From IMG/VR virus record IMGVR_UViG_3300010236_000012, positions 1 to 29,467 of that record: 29,467 nucleotides of DNA, one strand, 5' to 3'. Shown here one piece after another: positions 23,837-29,467 of the stretch. The position numbers and the translations under genes are program-made. Each line of letters starts with the position of its first letter. The stretch's first letter is position 1. The notes beneath the pieces are model-generated. The model was not told the DNA's origin. It worked only from the letters and a program-made list of their open reading frames with translations, and made no database searches. The DNA comes from a virus (taxonomy: Duplodnaviria; Caudoviricetes).

Positions 23837-26605
23837 ATGAAATTCTTGGAATTTTACAAGCGTTACTTTCCCGACTTGAAAGAAACAGTAAGGAAACAAA
23901 ATGTCATCTGTCCTTTCCATGCAGATAGTGATCCAAGTTGTAGCTTAGACCTTGAAGAAGGTCTTTATTATTGTCATTCGTGTAATATTGGTGGTGATAT
24001 ATTCGATTTTTATATGAAGTATCACCGTTGTTCTTTTACAAAGGCAAAGAATGACATATTAGGAAACCAAAAGGCTCCGGTTCTTACACCTACGGAAGCT
24101 AAGGTTGCCCATGAAAAATTGCTAAGTTCACCTGATCTCCAGAAGCTACTACTCGTAAAGCGTGGTTGGACTATACAAACGATAATTGATTTCAAGTTGG
24201 GATGGAGCGATGAAAGAGTTTATATACCAATACATAATAAGGACGGACGACTTTTAAACATAAGGAAATATGATGTACTGCATAAAACAAAGCAAAAGTT
24301 TCTCGGCATTGAAGGACATAATCAAGTTCGTCTCTGGCCAGAAGATATACTTAGACAAGAGATTGTTATTATCTTCGGAGGGGAACCAGACACCATACTG
24401 GCTACGCAAATGGGACTTCCGGCTGTTACGTTTGCAAATGGTGAAGGGACATTCCGTGCTGAATTACTACCTAGCTTTGAGAACAAGAAAGTTTATATAT
24501 GTTATGACGTGGATGATGCTGGAGCCAAAGGGGCAAAGGTTTTATCTGAGGCAATATCCAAATTCGCAGCAGAAACATATGTCATAAATTTACCGCATAA
24601 AATACTTCCAGTAAAGGGAGATTTTACAGATTTAGTTTTGTATTGTATAGATCAAAGTGTAGATTTTACCGCAACGTGGAACAAATGTGTTGAAAACGCA
24701 ATAAGGATTGATTACGTTGAGGTAGTTGATAATAAGGATTATGAAGAAATTGATTATTACGCAGCAGTAAGCGAAGATTATTATGGAAAAGATGTAACCT
24801 ATAGAGCTATGGCAATAGGTAAAAACTTTTCCCCGTTCTTTGCACCAAAGAAGTTGCATTTGTCTTGCGAGACTACTCGCGGTGATACATGTAAAAACTG
24901 CATATTATTCTTTGTTGGTGGTAAATATGTTAAAGAAATTGATGAATCTCAATCATTGGATTTGATTAAATGTACACAGGGTGAACAGAAAAATAAAATA
25001 AAAACATTATGCGGAATACACAATTGCAATCAATTCAAAATGGAAATGGACACTCAAACAATAGAAGAAATATTTGTAGCTCCGATGATAGATTCGGAAC
25101 GAATAGATAGACAATTTATAGTCAGAAAGTGTTACAGTAAAGGACATAATTTACAAATAAATAAGGCATATAGGTTTAAGGGAAAGACAATACCAGATGC
25201 AAAAACTCAAGAAGCCACACAACTGTTTGTTAGTGCTGAACCAGAAATGTCAAACCTGGAGTTGTTCCAACTTGAACCAAAAGATATAGATGATTTAAGA
25301 ATATTCAATCCACGGATTAACAGTTATGCTGGAATAGATGAAAGAACTTATGAAATATCACGAGACTTATCATACAACATACCGGAGGTAATCATTGGAC
25401 GAGAAAATTTACTCTTTGGATACGACTTGGTATTTCACTCGGTACTTCGATTTAAGCTCCTCGACTCGGTTGTGGCTAAGGGCTGGACTGAAATGCTGGC
25501 AATTGGGGATACAAGAACTGGCAAAACCAAAACAGCAGTCAAACTATGTCATCACTATAGAGTGGGAGAGTATGTCACCCTCGAGTCAGCAACTCTACCA
25601 GGACTTGTCGGCGGTATGTCTCAAGTTGGAAGGGATGTCACGTTCAGTTGGGGTGTTCTCCCAATTAACGATGGACGATTGGTATTGTTGGATGAGGCAA
25701 ATGGCCTTGATCCTGCCGGAATCAGCAACCTTAGTTCCATCCGTGACAATGGGGTGGCTGAGAGGACTGTGGTTGGCAGCACAAGAAAAACCACAAGTAG
25801 AGTCAGACTTATTTGGATTTCAAACCCACGATCAACAAAATCAATTTCATACTATTCTACAGGAGTTGAAGCAATTAGAGAACTCATGGGGAGAGCCGAA
25901 GATATATCCAGGCTTGACTTCGCTATAGTTGTCGCCAAAGAAGATGTTGGCATAGAGAAAATAAACACGGCAAGTCATAAAAAGCCAGAACATAAATATA
26001 CTTCCGAACTATGTCATAAACTTATAATGTGGACATGGAGCAGAAAAGAAGAAAATATCAAATTCACCAAAGATGCAGAGGATGAAATACTTAAATCAGC
26101 AATTGATATGAGCAATAAATATAGCGATGCAATTCCTTTGGTGCAGGGTAGTGTACAAAGAATTAAGATTGCTAAATTAGCAGTTGCTCTTGCATGTAGA
26201 TTGTTTTCGACAGAAGATGGTATTAATGTAATTGTTCATAAGGAACATGTTCAATTTATAACATATTACTTACAACAAATATATGATTCACCTTACTTTG
26301 GATACCTTGACTTTTCAAACAATAAACGTGATGAGTCTAAAATATCTGACATAGATGGAATTGAAAAAGAAATAAGGTTGCTTGATGATTCAGAAAGATT
26401 TGTAAATAAAATGCTTGCTACTAATACAATACTTTATGATGATCTTGTTGATTTTTCTGGTAAGTCAAGAGATTATGTAAAGGATTTAAAATCTAAATTA
26501 GTTGCTGGTAATTGTATAACAAGAAGGAAAACTTTTTATATAAAAACGCCAGAGTTTATTAAGTTGCTAAAAAGAATGCAATTGGAGGTAAAAAGAAATG
26601 GGTAA
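23837..26605 (+). CDS. Primase-helicase fusion: CHC2 Zn finger, TOPRIM and MCM-family AAA+ helicase
   Basis: CPFH..SC...CHSC; YDVDDAG; Walker A IGDTRTGKT; SATLPGL; WGVLPINDGRLVLLDE; WISNP; ISRLDF (MCM SRFD arginine finger). Confidence 0.88.
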   Translation: MKFLEFYKRYFPDLKETVRKQNVICPFHADSDPSCSLDLEEGLYYCHSCNIGGDIFDFYMKYHRCSFTKAKNDILGNQKAPVLTPTEAKVAHEKLLSSPDLQKLLLVKRGWTIQTIIDFKLGWSDERVYIPIHNKDGRLLNIRKYDVLHKTKQKFLGIEGHNQVRLWPEDILRQEIVIIFGGEPDTILATQMGLPAVTFANGEGTFRAELLPSFENKKVYICYDVDDAGAKGAKVLSEAISKFAAETYVINLPHKILPVKGDFTDLVLYCIDQSVDFTATWNKCVENAIRIDYVEVVDNKDYEEIDYYAAVSEDYYGKDVTYRAMAIGKNFSPFFAPKKLHLSCETTRGDTCKNCILFFVGGKYVKEIDESQSLDLIKCTQGEQKNKIKTLCGIHNCNQFKMEMDTQTIEEIFVAPMIDSERIDRQFIVRKCYSKGHNLQINKAYRFKGKTIPDAKTQEATQLFVSAEPEMSNLELFQLEPKDIDDLRIFNPRINSYAGIDERTYEISRDLSYNIPEVIIGRENLLFGYDLVFHSVLRFKLLDSVVAKGWTEMLAIGDTRTGKTKTAVKLCHHYRVGEYVTLESATLPGLVGGMSQVGRDVTFSWGVLPINDGRLVLLDEANGLDPAGISNLSSIRDNGVAERTVVGSTRKTTSRVRLIWISNPRSTKSISYYSTGVEAIRELMGRAEDISRLDFAIVVAKEDVGIEKINTASHKKPEHKYTSELCHKLIMWTWSRKEENIKFTKDAEDEILKSAIDMSNKYSDAIPLVQGSVQRIKIAKLAVALACRLFSTEDGINVIVHKEHVQFITYYLQQIYDSPYFGYLDFSNNKRDESKISDIDGIEKEIRLLDDSERFVNKMLATNTILYDDLVDFSGKSRDYVKDLKSKLVAGNCITRRKTFYIKTPEFIKLLKRMQLEVKRNG

Positions 26606-26765
26606 AAAATACCAAATAGCGTTACATGGATGCGATGATTCAACTTACATTAAATTAAAATTGACTGAAGATGAATTAAAATTTGTTAAGAAACTTTGTA
26701 GGTTAAGCGAAAAAGAATCAACGTATGGCTGTATGCCAACTATGGAGGTAAAAGAAGATGCCTAA
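26598..26765 (+). CDS. Small phage protein (55 aa, GCDDST...YGCMP)
   Basis: GGAGGT SD; overlaps both neighbours. Confidence 0.65.
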   Translation: MGKKYQIALHGCDDSTYIKLKLTEDELKFVKKLCRLSEKESTYGCMPTMEVKEDA

Positions 26766-27180
26766 AGTATATCAGAAAAAAAGACAGTTCCCCAAAAGGG
26801 AAAATGATTTTCTTGCACAATTTATGAAGCCATTTCAGAATGATCCATTATGTTGGTTTTTCAAAACTCATGGTGAACCGATGCAAACAAGAGGAATACC
26901 AGACATTCTTATGTGCTATGGTGGTTTATTTGTGAGTTTTGAATTTAAGATAATGAGGAACGGTAAACTAAATGTAACTCCATTTCAAGATTATACTATG
27001 GACAAAATAAAGAAATCTAACGGACTTTGTTTTGTAATATGGTATGATGATTCAAATGGAGAAACTGGAATAGGAATGACGCGATATAAGAATATGGAAG
27101 ATGCAGTTATGTGGGTTAAGTCATCACTTATTGCTATATCACAGATACCTTGTGCTAAGTTTAAGGAGTTAGAAAATTAA
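26758..27180 (+). CDS. VRR-NUC / Holliday-junction-resolvase-like PD-(D/E)XK nuclease
   Basis: E..F, GIPDI, EFK, T..Q motifs. Confidence 0.85.
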   Translation: MPKVYQKKRQFPKRENDFLAQFMKPFQNDPLCWFFKTHGEPMQTRGIPDILMCYGGLFVSFEFKIMRNGKLNVTPFQDYTMDKIKKSNGLCFVIWYDDSNGETGIGMTRYKNMEDAVMWVKSSLIAISQIPCAKFKELEN

Positions 27181-27592
27181 AGAAAATACTAAGGTATATT
27201 CTCCGCTTATAGCGGTTTCTTACCTATACTTACTAAAGGAAGGAGTTAAAACCTTATATAGATAAACGTCAATAGAATAAAGGGTATTTGTGGAGTACGG
27301 CTTAGGTATGGCAGGAAAAAGTGATGCAGTAATTTTAAAGGAGGAACTCGAACCCTCGACGCTGTTCCTAAACTATTTAATATAAAAGGGTTTTCATGTC
27401 AATAAATTTTGCTGATAGGATGTAGATAGGAAAGGGGGTGATGCCCGTGACGGGAGACGATCCGATGATTAGACCTCATAAAATTCAAGGGCATTAGCCG
27501 GGGGACGCATCCGGCAAAACACGCATTTAGCCGCCCCTTACATGGGCGGGGACTTTTTAGGGTACTGAGAAACTGGTGAGAAAGGAGGGGGT

Positions 27593-27817
27593 ATGACGGG
27601 AATGCCTTTTAGTAGAATCAATATTGGAGATGTATTTGAATCCCCATTAGCATGGACAGGTAGCAAGATGGTCTATATCGTTGTTGATAAAGACAAAGAT
27701 AGCAAGATGATTGAGGTAATGTCTTCTTATCAGCATCCGGCCCTACCGAAAACATTCTGGAAGAAATATACAGATCGTCTTTTTAATAAACGAATCGTTA
27801 TTGGTAAAGCCGACTAA
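27593..27817 (+). CDS. Hypothetical protein
   Basis: AAGGAGG SD. Confidence 0.7.
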   Translation: MTGMPFSRINIGDVFESPLAWTGSKMVYIVVDKDKDSKMIEVMSSYQHPALPKTFWKKYTDRLFNKRIVIGKAD

Positions 27818-27832
27818 CCCAGGAGGAGAGAC

Positions 27833-28123
27833 ATGGAAGATCAGAGACTATATGAGATATTGGCGCGGGAGGGGGACGGCAATGATGTTCCGTATAGCTA
27901 TCCATCATTTTTTTCAACATGGGACGGTTTCGGCTGGCTTTGGGAACGGGCGCAGGAGAAGAAATTTTTTACCGATTTTATAGAATGGTATCTCAGGAAA
28001 CAGTTACCTAAAAGGTACGATATGGAAGAATTGGTTTTGATTATAATGGCCCAAATGCTGCACCTTATCCACCCCCAACGCTTCTGTGAAGCCCTGAAAA
28101 CATTCTTGAAGGAGAGAGTATGA
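27833..28123 (+). CDS. Hypothetical protein (F.TWDGFG.LWE motif)
   Basis: AGGAGG SD. Confidence 0.75.
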   Translation: MEDQRLYEILAREGDGNDVPYSYPSFFSTWDGFGWLWERAQEKKFFTDFIEWYLRKQLPKRYDMEELVLIIMAQMLHLIHPQRFCEALKTFLKERV

Positions 28124-28668
28124 GCGAGATTAAGAGGTATGAAGCTGGATTAAACGGAACCGCTTACATGGGAATGCATGAAGTCCCAAATGGAAGATAT
28201 GCACTTTACTCTGATGTCATAGAGATAATTAATAAGTGCAATCTCGCCGTTAAGGAAATCCACGATATTAATGATGTGGTTGAATTTCAAAAGGGAGCAG
28301 TTAAAGAAGCAGAACAAATGGATCGAGAGAGTTTAATCTCTCATTATGTTTGCGCCGTAACAAATTGGGCTATCACCTTATATGAAAGAGATAAAGCAGA
28401 AGCCGAACTGGAAGCGGAACGGGAGAAGGTGAAATATTATCACGATAAGAATCAGGAAAAGTGTGCCGAAATAGACACATTAAGGCAAGAACTCGCCGAC
28501 CTTCGCGGGAGGCTTGCCCCAGTGGAGGAAGTGATTATCAATCTGCGAGAAGCATGGAGAGATTGTCCCGATGAACAAAGAGCAGATCGTGATTGCCAGT
28601 CTTGGGAAACAGTGAAAAATTTATATAAGGCATTTAAGAACCGCAAAGCCGAGCCTACTGCCAGCTAA
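28120..28668 (+). CDS. Hypothetical coiled-coil protein
   Basis: ATGA coupling; IKRY...G.Y.LYSD start and heptad region. Confidence 0.75.
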   Translation: MSEIKRYEAGLNGTAYMGMHEVPNGRYALYSDVIEIINKCNLAVKEIHDINDVVEFQKGAVKEAEQMDRESLISHYVCAVTNWAITLYERDKAEAELEAEREKVKYYHDKNQEKCAEIDTLRQELADLRGRLAPVEEVIINLREAWRDCPDEQRADRDCQSWETVKNLYKAFKNRKAEPTAS

Positions 28669-28754
28669 CCCCTGCCCCGGTGATGCTAATAAACACAGAA
28701 ATCCCTTAACATTTTGGGGGTTTTGGGGTAAGTAGCTTGCGGGAGGGTAAACAA

Positions 28755-28997
28755 ATGAAAAAGATGTTACGGGCAATCGGAGCATTTTGTTGCTTAATCT
28801 TTCTCCTGACCTTCATGAGTATTCTTTTTTTTATCATCTTTTCAAAAAGGACTCGGCAGAGGAAGAGTATCGGGAGATGTTGGAAAACATCTATGATGGA
28901 AGTGCGTTTCTTCAATGAACCCAGGGGACATAGGTCGTGGTATGTACCCTCAATGGATGCGGGTATGTGTAAGGGGTGTATGAGTAGGTCGTATTAA
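28755..28997 (+). CDS. Possible small membrane protein
   Basis: GGAGG SD, hydrophobic N-terminus; 3' end overlaps the convergent gene. Confidence 0.4.
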   Translation: MKKMLRAIGAFCCLIFLLTFMSILFFIIFSKRTRQRKSIGRCWKTSMMEVRFFNEPRGHRSWYVPSMDAGMCKGCMSRSY

Positions 28998-29466
28998 AGA
29001 AGTCCACGTTCTCTGCCAGGCAATTCTGTACTGAGCAAGTAGTAGTCGAGCACTCTATTGCAATAGTCGCGTTTACGGGAGTGCTTCCATTCTTCGTATT
29101 TCCCCAAAAATAAGTACCTGAAACGTGCTGCGGCTCACCATCACTCGTTGCCGATCCGTTGTTTGTGGGGTTGCAATCGTCAGAAAATTCCTCTTTTGTG
29201 GTCATGTCAACCCCGCTGGTGGTGATAGCATCGTTGTTATTAACTAGATGCTTGCCGCCTCTTGCATCTTCAATCCTAATGCTCTCATTATTCGTAGATG
29301 TAATTAAATTATAAGATACCTCTGTGCCCATAGAGGCATAATTTCCGCCAACGCCTTCATTGCCGTGAGCATCAAAAACAGGGGCGATTCCAGTTGTTCC
29401 ATTCCAGTTATAGGCATTGTGTCTTGCGGCATACCGTCCACCATCTCCACATGAATGGAAGGCAAA
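28912..29466 (-). CDS. C-terminal part of a parallel beta-helix (pectin-lyase-like) protein, possible tailspike/depolymerase (partial)
   Basis: Frame open to the window edge: GGRYAARHN, FDAHG, E.SYN, RGG...NN, Y.WGN, YTPYTYPHPL; Asn/Thr/Gly-rich. Confidence 0.65.
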   Translation of the reverse strand, partial: FAFHSCGDGGRYAARHNAYNWNGTTGIAPVFDAHGNEGVGGNYASMGTEVSYNLITSTNNESIRIEDARGGKHLVNNNDAITTSGVDMTTKEEFSDDCNPTNNGSATSDGEPQHVSGTYFWGNTKNGSTPVNATIAIECSTTTCSVQNCLAENVDFFNTTYSYTPYTYPHPLRVHTTTYVPWVH

Positions 29467-29467
29467 G

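Noticed and set aside
25395-25928. 177-aa alternative-frame ORF inside the primase-MCM gene
   Set aside because: Nested in the conserved AAA+ core with a TTG start and no recognisable motif
23837-26605. Archaeal virus origin suggested by the MCM
   Set aside because: sigma70 promoters, IHF-like sites, a peptidoglycan M15 peptidase and a CHC2 primase domain point to a bacterial host
27320-27400. tRNA gene
   Set aside because: Only a T-arm-like hairpin; no D arm, anticodon arm or CCA
1-29467. Stop-codon reassignment
   Set aside because: Long conserved genes are intact in the standard code and all three stop codons end genes at tight junctions

Overview
The window is a large piece of a tailed dsDNA bacteriophage genome (Caudoviricetes-like, AT-rich, standard genetic code, sigma70-type promoters and Shine-Dalgarno sites) with two divergent arms. 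The left arm (- strand, about 10.3 kb to 1) is the late/head module: CatB/Vat-like O-acetyltransferase, small Cys-rich proteins, probable terS, terL, portal, an embedded lysis cassette (M15 peptidase, unknown protein, holin-like protein), scaffold, major capsid protein, decoration protein and a GT-A glycosyltransferase. The central switch (10.3-12.7 kb) has a GC-rich pac/cos-like patch, near-consensus promoters, a stand-alone highly expressed gene and an AT-rich tract with three IHF-consensus sites. The right arm (+ strand) is early/replication: many small ORFs, SNF2 helicase, pentapeptide protein, radical SAM enzyme ending in a clamp-binding-like motif, Cas4/RecB-like nuclease, Sak4-like ATPase, SSB, a CHC2-TOPRIM-MCM primase-helicase fusion and a VRR-NUC nuclease. 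A convergent partial beta-helix gene closes the window. No integrase, repressor, DNA polymerase, complete tRNA or CRISPR array was seen. The main leads are the MCM-based replisome with an altered TOPRIM site, a possibly clamp-tethered radical SAM enzyme, possible virion glycosylation/acetylation, and several structured intergenic RNAs. All family calls come from motif recognition by eye, not database searches.
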